DNA of 64,000 nucleotides, from the NCBI GenBank assembly GCA_965214405.1, contig OZ243956.1, positions 3,680,001 through 3,744,000 on the forward strand, in the 5' to 3' direction. A program made the position numbers and the translations under genes. Below are positions 1 to 9,209 of this stretch, piece after piece (positions within the stretch are counted from its first letter, which is position 1; each line of letters begins with the position of its first letter). Origin of the DNA: Trueperaceae bacterium. GTDB lineage: Bacteria > Deinococcota > Deinococci > Deinococcales > Trueperaceae. The notes under the pieces were generated by a model. That model was not told the DNA's origin and did no database searches. It saw only the letters and a list, made by a program, of their open reading frames with translations.

Positions 1-175
1 GCTCGCCCAGCACGCCCCCCGCCGCGTTGATTTCTTCTAGCGCGAGCTCGAAGCCGCGTTGCTGCGCCTGCCCGGTGCCCGCCGCGGGGCCGGTTAGGGG
101 GCTCAGGATGCCGATTTCGACGGGCTGCGCGTAGCCAAGCGTGAGCGCGGCGAGGAGGATAACAAGTTTTTTCAC
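1..175 (-). CDS. Branched-chain amino acid-type ABC transporter substrate-binding protein (LivK/LivJ family), 5' part; runs off window
   Basis: Own translation from GTG at 175: MKKLVILLAALTLGYAQPVEIGILSPLTGPAAGTGQAQQRGFELALEEINAAGGVLGE. Signal peptide plus IG-x3-PLTG and EINAAGGVLG motifs; AGGAG RBS at 181-185. Confidence 0.9.
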   Translation of the reverse strand, partial: MKKLVILLAALTLGYAQPVEIGILSPLTGPAAGTGQAQQRGFELALEEINAAGGVLGE

Positions 176-190
176 GATGTCTCCTTTTCA

Positions 191-221
191 AGTGGTTAGT
201 GGTGAGTGATGAGTGGTTAGT
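191..221. repeat. Degenerate heptamer tandem repeat (AGTGGTT/AGTGGTG/AGTGATG)
   Basis: agtggtt agtggtg agtgatg agtggtt agt, directly upstream of the livK-like RBS. Confidence 0.8.
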
Positions 222-284
222 TTCGGTTCTACCTTTTGCCTTTTACGTCATGGGTCTCCTTTCGGGGCTCGAGCCCCCGCCCGG

Positions 285-1139
285 TTATTCGGGCTCATCG
301 TCGGCTTCCCATAGGGGTGTCGTGAAAGCCTCGAGCCGCCCAATAAACCCGCGCATCACGCGGGCGACGGCCTCGGGGCGTTCAACGGGGGCGGCGTGAC
401 CGGCGCGCTCGAGGGTGATGAGAAGGCCGCGCCGCGCCCATTCGACAATTTCGTGGGAGTAGCGTAAAGGCGTCAACAGGTCTTCTTGACCCACCACGGC
501 TAAGAGCGGGCCTTCGTAGGCGCGGAGGCTCTTGCGCGCGTCGCCGAAATCCAAAAGACCGTCAATCAAATAGCCGATCACCGCCGGGTCGGCTTTTGCG
601 GCGGCCTCGCGGTAGGAGGTGAGTTCGTCCGTGTGCTCTTTCAAAAAGCTGTGGCCCCAGACCCACGGCGTCGCCACGTCGAAGCGGAGCCCCGCGCCGC
701 CCGCGTGGAGGGCCGCCCGCCAACTTTTGAGGATGATTTTGAGCATCGGGTCAACGCGGACGAAAGAATCCACCGTCGTCACGCTCCTCACCCGCTCCGG
801 CTCGGTGTTGGCAAGATTGCTCGCCAGAAGGATGCTGATAAGGCCGCCGTTGCTCAGGCCCACGAGGTGGACGCGGGCGAGGCTGAGGCCGTCCAGCAAC
901 GTTTTGAGGTCTAACGCGTGTTGGTGCGGCGTGTAGGGTCCCTCGGGCTTGTCCGACTCGCCCTGCCCGCGGCAGTCATAGCGCAGCGTGGTGTAGGCGT
1001 CGGCAAAGCGCCGCTCAACTCCCTCCCAGGCGGTGGTGTCCATCGTGAGGCCGTTGACAAAAACCACCGCCTCCTCTGCGTCTACGCCGCCCTTCTGATA
1101 ATAGAGCTTCACGCCGTCAGCAACACTAAAGCGCGGCAT
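285..1139 (-). CDS. Alpha/beta hydrolase (PcaD-like)
   Basis: YDCRGQGES, nucleophile elbow GLSNGG, D-x-LTP, GH. Start placed at MPRFSV (1139), overlapping the upstream gene's 3' end. Confidence 0.85.
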   Translation of the reverse strand: MPRFSVADGVKLYYQKGGVDAEEAVVFVNGLTMDTTAWEGVERRFADAYTTLRYDCRGQGESDKPEGPYTPHQHALDLKTLLDGLSLARVHLVGLSNGGLISILLASNLANTEPERVRSVTTVDSFVRVDPMLKIILKSWRAALHAGGAGLRFDVATPWVWGHSFLKEHTDELTSYREAAAKADPAVIGYLIDGLLDFGDARKSLRAYEGPLLAVVGQEDLLTPLRYSHEIVEWARRGLLITLERAGHAAPVERPEAVARVMRGFIGRLEAFTTPLWEADDEPE

Positions 1140-2607
1140 GAGCTTCCTCAAAGGCGGTGGCGAGAGAGCTTTTGAGAATCTTGCCCGCGCCGCTTTTGGG
1201 CAGCGCGTCAAAAAAGCGGATGTGTTTGGGGACTTTGTAGCTTGCGAGATGCGCCTTAAGAAATTCCCGCACCTCCTCTTCTGTAACGGTTTCATCTTCA
1301 CGAAGAACGATGACTGCTAGCCCGACCTCGCCCCACCTTTCGTCAGGCACGCCCAAGACCGCGCACTCGGACACGGTGGGGTGTTCGTAAAGCGCGTTCT
1401 CGACCTCCACCGGAAATACGTTCTCGCCGCCCGAGATAAACATCTCCTTGCGCCGTCCGACGATGGTGAAGAATCCGTCTTCGTCCGCTCGAGCCAAGTC
1501 GCCCGTGTAGAGCCAGCCGTCTCTTAAAACCTCGGCGGTGGCGTCGGGCCGCTCGAAGTATTTCTCAAAAAGGTGCGGCCCCTTCAGGGTCAACTCGCCA
1601 ACCTCCCCCTGCGCGACAGGTTGACCGTGCTCGTCTCGGAGAACGGCCTCGGCGTGGAGCACGGGCTTACCGACGGACGCGGGGCGGGCCTCGGCGGCGT
1701 CCAAGCCAATCGCAAAGCAGTTCACCCCCGCCTCGGTGAGGCCGTAGCCCTGCTTGAAACGAATCCCGCGCGCCGAAAAAGCAGCGCGCACCGGCTCCGG
1801 ACAGGGCGCGCCGCCCGAGATGGCCCAGCGGACGTGTTGAAAGTCGGCGGCGGGAAAGTCGGGGTGCTCGGTGAGACTTTTGAACATGGTCGGGACCATG
1901 AAGAGGAGGGTGCAGGCTTCGCTCGAGACCAGTTCCAGATACTCCCCCGGCTTGAACGCACGTTGCAGCACCACCCTTGCGCCCAAATGCAAAAGCGGCA
2001 CGGTGAGGGCGTTGACCGCGGCGTGAAAGCAGGGCGTCGCCTGCACCGCGCAGTCGTCGTCGCGCAGGCCCCACGAGAAAACGGTGTTGACGGCGTTGTA
2101 AAAACCCTGCCGGTAGGGCTGCACTGCGCCCTTGGGCGTGCCTGTGGTGCCGCCTGTGAAAAGAATCATTTGGGCGTCCTTGCTCGAGAGTTCGGGCGCG
2201 GGTGGGGGAGAGGGGGCGGCGGCGAGCCAAGCTTCATAAGCCTCGAGCCCCACCCCCTCCACCCCCGTCGCCTCGGCCGCCGCGGCGTTCTCGGCGTCGA
2301 AGAACATGATTTTAGGCCGCACATAGTCCGCAATTTTGCGCTGCTCATGGTTTGATAAACGGTAATTAAAAGGTGTGTAGATAAAACCTAGCTTGGCCGT
2401 CGCCAGAATCAGGTCTAAATGTGCGAGGTGATTGAGGGCCAAGATGCTTACCCGGTCGCCCTTGACGACGCCCGCCTCGGCGAGCCGTGCGGCCAAGCGC
2501 GTGGCGCGTTTGTCGAGGTCTCGGTAGGTGTACCAGTGCCCATCAGAAAATACAGCTCGGCGCTCCGGCGTCAGCTCGGCGCGCTTTTTGGCAATATCAA
2601 ATATCAC
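1126..2607 (-). CDS. Acyl-CoA synthetase / AMP-binding ligase
   Basis: FTGGTTGTPKG, GYGLTE, TGDLA, ISGGENV, KSGAGK motifs. Confidence 0.95.
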   Translation of the reverse strand: MIFDIAKKRAELTPERRAVFSDGHWYTYRDLDKRATRLAARLAEAGVVKGDRVSILALNHLAHLDLILATAKLGFIYTPFNYRLSNHEQRKIADYVRPKIMFFDAENAAAAEATGVEGVGLEAYEAWLAAAPSPPPAPELSSKDAQMILFTGGTTGTPKGAVQPYRQGFYNAVNTVFSWGLRDDDCAVQATPCFHAAVNALTVPLLHLGARVVLQRAFKPGEYLELVSSEACTLLFMVPTMFKSLTEHPDFPAADFQHVRWAISGGAPCPEPVRAAFSARGIRFKQGYGLTEAGVNCFAIGLDAAEARPASVGKPVLHAEAVLRDEHGQPVAQGEVGELTLKGPHLFEKYFERPDATAEVLRDGWLYTGDLARADEDGFFTIVGRRKEMFISGGENVFPVEVENALYEHPTVSECAVLGVPDERWGEVGLAVIVLREDETVTEEEVREFLKAHLASYKVPKHIRFFDALPKSGAGKILKSSLATAFEEAHAAL

Positions 2608-3632
2608 GACGCCTCACCCCACCTTAGACAAAGCGCGTTCCAGACGTAACCCACGCCCGCCGCCACCAGCACCACCAAGTCGCCCTCTTTAAGTTTTCCC
2701 GCTTGCTGAGCTAGCTCGAGGCTCAAAAACTGGTCTACTTGCCCGATGTGGCCGTAATCCGAAAGATAAATGGACTGTGACGCATTCAAGCCAAGCCGCT
2801 CTAACAAATACTCGTGCGCGCTCCTTTTCATGTGGAGCATTGCCAGGTAATTGATATCCGAGACTTCGTGGCCCGACTTTTCCACGGCTTTGTGGATGAC
2901 GTTGAGAAAATTTTGGAGCGACTTGTCCCCCAACCGCGCCTTCATCCCGGCGGGGTCGGGCACTTCTAACTTATAGCGTCCTGCGTTCTCGAGCGTGAGC
3001 GGTTCTTTGGTGCCGCCGACGGGCACCCGCACGTCGAGCGAGAAAGCCCCGTCGGTGAGGATGTGCGAGCCCAAAATCTCACCCAACATGTCACCGCGCG
3101 CCCCCCGCCGCACCACCGCCGCCGCGCCGCCCGCACCCAGGTTGTACATAAAGCGCACGTCGGGGTCGGCAAAATCAATCAGGTCGCCGTTGCGGTAGCC
3201 CCCCGCGACGAGGACGGTCTGAACGCTCTCGTCGGCCAGCAGCAAATCTTTGGCCTGCTTTAAGCCTAAAACGCCCGTCCCGCACTTTTGCCCGATGTCA
3301 TAAGCGTAAGCGTTCGCCGCGCCTAAATCGTGCGCGAGCTTGATGCCCGCCGTCCAGACCGGGTACTCCTTGTACTCTTCGGTGATGCAGACAACAACGT
3401 CCACCTCTTCCGGTGAGAGGTTTGACGCAGAGAGCGCCCGCTGCGCAGCCCACACGCCCATCGCGGTCGGGTGGTCGTCCGGCCCCGGCTTGGGCTTGGC
3501 GCTTATACCAAGCTTGTCCGTCACCACCCACGCGGGCAGCCCGCTCGCCGCGGCGATGTCGGCGCTCGAGACGCGGCCCTCGGGCACGTAGACGCCGAGG
3601 CCGCTCACGCCAATCACGCTTTTGCCGGTCAT
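2604..3632 (-). CDS. 3-oxoacyl-ACP synthase III (FabH)-like condensing enzyme
   Basis: DIGQKCGT (catalytic Cys), LHMK, YGHIG, GDLVVLVAAGVG. Start MTGKSV overlaps the TetR stop (ATGA). Confidence 0.85.
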   Translation of the reverse strand: MTGKSVIGVSGLGVYVPEGRVSSADIAAASGLPAWVVTDKLGISAKPKPGPDDHPTAMGVWAAQRALSASNLSPEEVDVVVCITEEYKEYPVWTAGIKLAHDLGAANAYAYDIGQKCGTGVLGLKQAKDLLLADESVQTVLVAGGYRNGDLIDFADPDVRFMYNLGAGGAAAVVRRGARGDMLGEILGSHILTDGAFSLDVRVPVGGTKEPLTLENAGRYKLEVPDPAGMKARLGDKSLQNFLNVIHKAVEKSGHEVSDINYLAMLHMKRSAHEYLLERLGLNASQSIYLSDYGHIGQVDQFLSLELAQQAGKLKEGDLVVLVAAGVGYVWNALCLRWGEAS

Positions 3633-4255
3633 GACGCCCTTCCGTCCGGGCTGAGGCCGTGGGTGAGAAAGTCGAACGCGGTTTCCATCACCTCGTCCGG
3701 CGGCTCCCGCCCCTCCCAGATGGCGTGACGCAAGCCCAAAAAGTGCGCGACGCCCATGAGCGCCCAGGCTTGCGCCGCGGCGTCGCCCGCGCGCACCTCG
3801 CCCTGCGCTTGAGCCGCCTCGAGCCCCGCCCCGTAAGCGTCTGCAAGCGTTTCGTAGTATTCGCGGTAGACGCGCTCGTCCACAAATTGCGACTCCATCA
3901 CCACCCGGTAGAGGTTTTCGTGCGCCAGGCAAAAGCGAAAAAAAGCGCGGAAGCCCGCCCTTTCTAGCTCGAGCCGCCCCCCTACCTCCCCAGTCGCCTT
4001 AGCCCCAGTCGCCTCGGCCAGCGCCCGCCGCAGCGCCCGCCCCATGTGCCGCACGAGTTCCCGCAGGATGTCCTCTTTGCTCGGGAAATAGAGGTAAAAG
4101 GTGCCCTGCCCCACCCCGGCGCGCTTGGTGATGCTCGAGACCGACGCCCGGTTAAAGCCCCGCTCGCCGAACTCGCCCTCGGCGGCGCTTAAGAGTTTCT
4201 GGCGGGTGGCTTCACCCCGCGCGGTGGCGGGCTGGGGCAGGCTTGACAAGAGCAT
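3629..4255 (-). CDS. TetR/AcrR family regulator
   Basis: ITKRAGVGQGTFYLYFPSKE HTH; start uncertain (4255 or 4297). Confidence 0.9.
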   Translation of the reverse strand: MLLSSLPQPATARGEATRQKLLSAAEGEFGERGFNRASVSSITKRAGVGQGTFYLYFPSKEDILRELVRHMGRALRRALAEATGAKATGEVGGRLELERAGFRAFFRFCLAHENLYRVVMESQFVDERVYREYYETLADAYGAGLEAAQAQGEVRAGDAAAQAWALMGVAHFLGLRHAIWEGREPPDEVMETAFDFLTHGLSPDGRAS

Positions 4256-4301
4256 CCTTTCTTTGAAGCAAACCTTTATGGTTGCTTGCACGAACATGAC
4301 A

Positions 4302-4349
4302 ACTGATTCAGGTTTCAGTATCGTAAACGGTTAAGGGGAGTTTTGTCAA
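4302..4349 (-). promoter_or_regulatory. Sigma70 promoter (TTGACA-18-TACGAT) with ACTGA-N8-TCAGT putative TetR operator
   Basis: -35 at 4344-4349 and -10 at 4320-4325 on the minus strand; inverted repeat 4302-4306/4315-4319 just downstream of the -10. Confidence 0.6.
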
Positions 4350-4437
4350 CCGTCGGGAGAGACTTTTCCCTTTTTTGCAGGCTGAGCGTAATCTCATCAC
4401 CAAGTGCGTAGGGGAGAAACGCGTATACTATTCCTTT

Positions 4438-6765
4438 GTGGAAGTAAGCGACACAACCTTAGTAAAACTTGATTTTCCCCGCGTCTTGGGGGCGCTGGCC
4501 GAGCGCACCGCCTCCTCGCTAGGAACCGAACGGGCCTTGGCCTTGGCACCCGATTTGAGCCGGACCGAGATTGAGCGCGCGTGGAGACGATTGGACGAGG
4601 CGCTTCACGGCCCCGAACTCTCCTTGGGCGGCGTGCAGGACGTGCGGCCTCTTATTACGAGGGTGCGCGAGGGGCGGCTGTTGGAGGGGCGGGAGCTGTT
4701 GGAGATTGCCTATACGATGGACGCCGCGGGCACCATCAAGCGCGCCATCCTCGCCTCCGAACGTCCCGCTCTGTCAGAGCTTGCCAAAGAACTCGGCTCC
4801 TTTGACGGCGCGTTGCGGCTCGTGCGCGAACAGCTCGACCCCGACGGCGGCGTCCGCGACGACGCCACGCCCAAGCTGCGCGACATCCGCCGCCGCCTAA
4901 ACCCTCTACGCGGGCGCATCCGCGAGAAGTTGCAGGGGCTGTTACAGCGCTACTCGGACTCGGTTCAAGACGCCATCATCACCTTGCGGCGCGACCGCTA
5001 CGTCATCCCCATCAAGGCGAGCGCCCAGTCCAAGGTGCCGGGCATCGCCCTGGACACTTCCGACTCGGGGGCCACCGTGTTTATCGAGCCGCAGTCGGTG
5101 GTGCCCTTAAATAACGAGCTAGCGCTTTTGGAATTCGAAGAGCGCGACGAGGTGCGGCGCATCCTCGTCGCGCTGGGCCAGCGCCTCGCCTATGAACCGG
5201 GCCTGGATACGTCGTTGGAGGTCTTGGCCGAACTCGACCTCGTCGCCGCGTCGGCGCGGCTTGCCAAGGATTGGGGGCTCTCTCAGCCGACCTTTAACGG
5301 CGGGGGCGAGGTTCGTCTAGGTAACGCGCGGCACCCGCTCATCAAGGGCTGCGTGCCCAACACGGTTTCTTTGGATAAAGAACGCCGCCTCATGATTATC
5401 ACGGGTCCCAACGCGGGCGGAAAAACGGTGCTCATCAAGACGTTGGGCCTGGCGGCGCTCATGGCGCACAGCGGGCTTTTCGTCGCGGCAGGTCGTAGGG
5501 GAGAAGCGCCGCCGACGCTGCCCTTTATGGGAGCTTTACTGACCGACATCGGCGACGAGCAGAGCATCGAGGCGAGCTTAAGCACCTACGCGGGGCATTT
5601 GATGAACCTCAAAAAAATTGTGGAGGGTTCAAAGGATGGGGTGCTGGTACTCATCGACGAGCTAGGCTCGGGCACCGACCCCGACGAGGGTGCGGCGCTG
5701 TCGCAGGGCATCTTGGAGCGGGTTCTGGCGAGCGGCGCGCGGGGTCTTGTCACCACACACTTGGCGCCCCTCAAAGTGTTCGCCTCCGAAACGCCCGGCG
5801 TGCAAAACGCCGCGATGAGTTTTGACGTGGACAACTTGCGGCCCAAGTATCAGCTCGTCGTGGGCCAGCCTGGACGCTCCTACGCGCTCGCCATCGCCGA
5901 GCGGCTGGGGCTGCCCGACGCGCTCCTCTCTCGAGCGGTTGAGATTTTAGGGCCGGAGGGAACTGCTTTAGAAAACCTTTTGGAGACGCTTCAGGAGCAG
6001 CGCGAGGGGTTGGAGCAAGAACTCACCGAGGCGAGACGCGCTCGAGAGCAGTCGGTCAAAGAGGCCGAGCTGCTGCGCGCGCAAATCGAGACGCTGCGCG
6101 CCCGCGAAGACGAGGTCTTAGCCGCCGCCGCCGAGCGCGCCGACGAGATGCTTCAAGACACCTTGCAGCGGGCTAAGGAACTTAAAAAGGCCGCCACCAG
6201 CCAGCCCGAAAGGCGCTCGCAGGCCCTGGAAGATTTGCAGCGGATGCGCAAAAGTTTCCAGGCTAAAGCGGAGCCCAAACCCGCAAGAACCGCCCAGAAA
6301 TCCGGCCCGGCACCCAAGCCGCGGCGCGTCCTAGAGCCTGGCCAACTAGTCCGCGTCGAGTCCTACGGCGCGGAGGGGCCGGTGGTCGAGCTTCGCGGCG
6401 ACGACGTGGTGGTGCAGTTGGGGCTGCTCAAGGTGGAGGTGCCCAAGCGCGACGTGAAGCTCAAAGAGTCCGGCGCGCAAAAAACGCGCAAGGGCGCGTC
6501 TTTCGCCGCGCCCGTCCGTTTTGACGACGAACTCAACATCCGCGGCGAGCGGGTCGAGGCGGGGCTCGAGAAGCTGCGCGACTTCGTTTTAGAGGCCCAC
6601 GCGCTCAAGGCTCCGTCAGTGCGCATCCTCCACGGTAAGGGCACGGGCACGTTGCGCGACGCGGTCAGGAACTACCTCAAAGACGAAAAAAAGGTGGAGA
6701 AGTTCGAGGACGCGGTGCCCTACGAAGGCGGGCACGGGGTGACGGTGGCGTATTTGCGGCATTGA
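4438..6765 (+). CDS. mutS2: Endonuclease MutS2 (with KOW and Smr domains)
   Basis: SGATVFIEP, TGPNAGGKT, DIGDEQSI-x-SLST, LIDELGSGTDP, ILHGKGTG (Smr). GTG start 6 nt after TACTAT. Confidence 0.95.
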   Translation: MEVSDTTLVKLDFPRVLGALAERTASSLGTERALALAPDLSRTEIERAWRRLDEALHGPELSLGGVQDVRPLITRVREGRLLEGRELLEIAYTMDAAGTIKRAILASERPALSELAKELGSFDGALRLVREQLDPDGGVRDDATPKLRDIRRRLNPLRGRIREKLQGLLQRYSDSVQDAIITLRRDRYVIPIKASAQSKVPGIALDTSDSGATVFIEPQSVVPLNNELALLEFEERDEVRRILVALGQRLAYEPGLDTSLEVLAELDLVAASARLAKDWGLSQPTFNGGGEVRLGNARHPLIKGCVPNTVSLDKERRLMIITGPNAGGKTVLIKTLGLAALMAHSGLFVAAGRRGEAPPTLPFMGALLTDIGDEQSIEASLSTYAGHLMNLKKIVEGSKDGVLVLIDELGSGTDPDEGAALSQGILERVLASGARGLVTTHLAPLKVFASETPGVQNAAMSFDVDNLRPKYQLVVGQPGRSYALAIAERLGLPDALLSRAVEILGPEGTALENLLETLQEQREGLEQELTEARRAREQSVKEAELLRAQIETLRAREDEVLAAAAERADEMLQDTLQRAKELKKAATSQPERRSQALEDLQRMRKSFQAKAEPKPARTAQKSGPAPKPRRVLEPGQLVRVESYGAEGPVVELRGDDVVVQLGLLKVEVPKRDVKLKESGAQKTRKGASFAAPVRFDDELNIRGERVEAGLEKLRDFVLEAHALKAPSVRILHGKGTGTLRDAVRNYLKDEKKVEKFEDAVPYEGGHGVTVAYLRH

Positions 6766-6766
6766 T

Positions 6767-6801
6767 ATGTTCTGCAACATGTGCTGCGCATGTGCTAGAA
6801 T
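6767..6801 (+). promoter_or_regulatory. TA operon operator and -10 box
   Basis: ATGTT-ctgc-AACAT palindrome, CATGTGCT direct repeat (6778, 6789), TAGAAT at 6796-6801, 5 nt before GTG. Confidence 0.55.
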
Positions 6802-6806
6802 AAACC

Positions 6807-7037
6807 GTGCCCAAGATGATTCAAATTCGCAACGTACCTGACGATTTGCACAGCAAGCTCAAAGCGAGAGCGGCAAAACTCGGTTTGTCTCTCTCGGATT
6901 ACCTCCTGTCTGAGATTGAAGAGGCGGCGGACAAACCGACGCTTCAGGAGTGGCTCGAGCTAGCCAAGAAACTCCCCCCCAGAACCTTTGAGGAGGACAC
7001 CGCGACGATTATCAGGCGTCACCGAGACGGCGCTTGA
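6807..7037 (+). CDS. Ribbon-helix-helix antitoxin (FitA/VapB-like)
   Basis: IQIRNVPDDLHSKLKARAAKLGLSLSDY; lies upstream of a PIN gene. Confidence 0.85.
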   Translation: MPKMIQIRNVPDDLHSKLKARAAKLGLSLSDYLLSEIEEAADKPTLQEWLELAKKLPPRTFEEDTATIIRRHRDGA

Positions 7038-7040
7038 AGC

Positions 7041-7436
7041 GTGACGGTGATCGACGCGTCCGCAGTGGTATCTCTCATTCTCGGCGAACAACCCCAGGCG
7101 TTTAGGGTGAATGAGCGGCTCGAGCGGGCCTCGAGCCTACACACCGTTCACCTGCTTGATATCGAGGTGCTATCGGCTCTGCGCCGCCTCGTTCACCGCG
7201 GCGAGCTTACGGAAAGCGAAGCTCATGACGCAATCCAGTTTTGGGAGCGGCTCAGCGTTACGCGTTACCCTCACGCGGCGTTGCGGGAACGTATTTGGAC
7301 GCTGCGCGACAACCTAACGCCCTATGACGTCTCTTACGTCGCTCTGGCCGAAACGCTCGACGCGCCTCTCGTCACGACGGACGGCAGGCTCGCCAGGGCC
7401 CCAGGACATAGCGCCCGCGTTGAATACATCACCTAG
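7041..7436 (+). CDS. vapC: PIN-domain VapC family toxin
   Basis: VIDAS, EV, YD-x2-YVALAE, LVTTD acidic PIN residues. Confidence 0.9.
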   Translation: MTVIDASAVVSLILGEQPQAFRVNERLERASSLHTVHLLDIEVLSALRRLVHRGELTESEAHDAIQFWERLSVTRYPHAALRERIWTLRDNLTPYDVSYVALAETLDAPLVTTDGRLARAPGHSARVEYIT

Positions 7437-7453
7437 CACGCTATGATGAGGCC

Positions 7454-8044
7454 GTGACCACCGCAACCTCATCTGAGCGCCGCGACCAACTCTTGAGCGC
7501 GGCGAGAGCCGTGCTGGCCGAAAAGGGCTTTGATGGGACGACGGTCTCCGAAATCGTCTCGAGGGCCGGGGTCGCCCAAGGCACATTTTACCTCTACTTC
7601 CCTTCCAAAGCGTCCCTGGTGGGAGCCCTGTGTGACGAGATGTTCGCGCGCATCCTCTCTGCCGTTATCGAAGCGACCGAGGGTAAAGACGCGTTTGCTG
7701 AGACGCTCGAGGCGGGCGTCCGCGCGGTGTTCGCGGAAACTGCTGCGTATAAAGACGTGCTCGACATCATCGGCTCGCGCACCGGGCTCGTGGGCACGCT
7801 TGGCGAGATTGAAAGGGCGGACGAGCCCTATTACCGCCTTATTGCGGGCTTGCTCGAGCGCGGCCAAGCGCGCGGTGAGGTGGATCCCGCCGTCCGCCCC
7901 GACTTGGCCGCGCGGCTCGTGGTCGGTCTTATCGAACGCGCCACCGACGACTGTTTTCTCTACCGTCCGGGCACGCCCACGGAGCCGTACATCGAAGAAA
8001 TTCTGCGCTTCGTCGGGCGGGCGCTGGGGGCGTCTCGAGATTAA
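7454..8044 (+). CDS. TetR/AcrR family regulator
   Basis: IVSRAGVAQGTFYLYFPSK; TATGAT 6 nt before GTG. Confidence 0.9.
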   Translation: MTTATSSERRDQLLSAARAVLAEKGFDGTTVSEIVSRAGVAQGTFYLYFPSKASLVGALCDEMFARILSAVIEATEGKDAFAETLEAGVRAVFAETAAYKDVLDIIGSRTGLVGTLGEIERADEPYYRLIAGLLERGQARGEVDPAVRPDLAARLVVGLIERATDDCFLYRPGTPTEPYIEEILRFVGRALGASRD

Positions 8045-8061
8045 GGTTCGCTCGAGACGCC
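8029..8061. terminator. Hairpin between convergent genes
   Basis: GGCGTCTCGAG ... CTCGAGACGCC 11-bp inverted repeat followed by TTTGCTTT. Confidence 0.55.
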
Positions 8062-8083
8062 CTTTGCTTTGGCTCGACCTGCT

Positions 8084-8671
8084 TTAGCTCGACGGCGCAA
8101 CCTGCCTGAGCCTGGTGCCCGTGACGCGGTAGACGAGCATAAAGAGCCCCAACAGCACGAACGGCAAGCCGACGTTGACAATTCTAAAGAGTGTGCCCGC
8201 TTCGGGTTTGGGCGGGTAGACGGGAAAACCGACCTCACCTGTAGCCTCACCCGCGGCACCGTCGATGGTAATATCTAAGGCCAGCCAGCCGTTGTCGTTC
8301 CAGCTCCAGTTCTCCGCGCCCTCGAGTTTTAGCGGGTCGATGACATAATAGCGTCCGTCAAACGTGGGGGTGTAGCTCGAGCGGCTCTGCCCGCCGTCGT
8401 GGTGAAGCGTGGCGTCCACCCGGACGGTGCTGTCCGCTGAGATGCGCGTACCGTTCTCGCGGATGTCGAGCTTGAGGTAAGGGTTGTCAATCAGGCGCTG
8501 TCCGTCGCCGTTGACCAGATAAGGCCCTATCTGCTCGCGGTGGACGAGGTGCTCTTCGGTGTTGCTGATGCGGCTCAGCCAGTCCGTTACCCCCTGGTTT
8601 GCTGAGGGCTGGGCTTGACTAGGACTTGCGAACGTGAAACTCAGCAGAAGGAGCGTTATGAGGCGTTTCAT
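8084..8671 (-). CDS. Exported protein with C-terminal TM anchor, unknown function
   Basis: Signal peptide MKRLITLLLLSFTFASPSQA, beta-rich body, C-terminal hydrophobic helix; AAAGGA RBS. Confidence 0.7.
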   Translation of the reverse strand: MKRLITLLLLSFTFASPSQAQPSANQGVTDWLSRISNTEEHLVHREQIGPYLVNGDGQRLIDNPYLKLDIRENGTRISADSTVRVDATLHHDGGQSRSSYTPTFDGRYYVIDPLKLEGAENWSWNDNGWLALDITIDGAAGEATGEVGFPVYPPKPEAGTLFRIVNVGLPFVLLGLFMLVYRVTGTRLRQVAPSS

Positions 8672-9209
8672 CCCGGCCATCCTTTCTTTTAAGAGGTTTT
8701 TCGGTGGGTCTTTTAAGGGGCGCGAAGAGCAGCGCCGCGCCGCCCAGAACAGTGAGCAAGAGAATAAGGCTGGGGAGAATCTCGAGCGCCGACACCCTTC
8801 CCCGCTGATTGCTGGCGAAATAGCTCGCCGTCGCCACCCCGAGCGGTCCTGAAACGTTTAAGTTAATCTCGTACATCCCCGCTTCGCTAAGCGGCAGCGT
8901 GAGGAGGTAGCCCCGGTAGAAGGTGCGACCGTCCGCGGAGCCGCTTCCCGCGAAAGGAACCTCGCCCTCATAGACGAGTACGTCGCGCTGCCGAACCTCC
9001 GCCCTCACTTGGGTGGCCTCCGGTGCGGCTTGCTGGTCTTCTGAAAGTTGCACGAAAAGTTGCGCGCGCTCCGCGTCGGCTGCGTGAAAGAGGACGTTGG
9101 CGGTGTACGCGCCCAAACCTTGTTTCCACGCGAGCGTGTCGAAGCCGTTGTGGGCATAGGCAAAAAAGAGCAGGAGGCCAATCACGCACCCGATTATTCG
9201 CTCTCTCAC
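8619..9209 (-). CDS. Exported protein with predicted N-terminal His and C-terminal TM anchor
   Basis: GTG start overlapping upstream TGA; MRERIIGCVIGLLLFFAYA-HNG...; GMYEINLNVSGPLG; C-terminal TM. Confidence 0.65.
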   Translation of the reverse strand: MRERIIGCVIGLLLFFAYAHNGFDTLAWKQGLGAYTANVLFHAADAERAQLFVQLSEDQQAAPEATQVRAEVRQRDVLVYEGEVPFAGSGSADGRTFYRGYLLTLPLSEAGMYEINLNVSGPLGVATASYFASNQRGRVSALEILPSLILLLTVLGGAALLFAPLKRPTEKPLKRKDGRDETPHNAPSAEFHVRKS

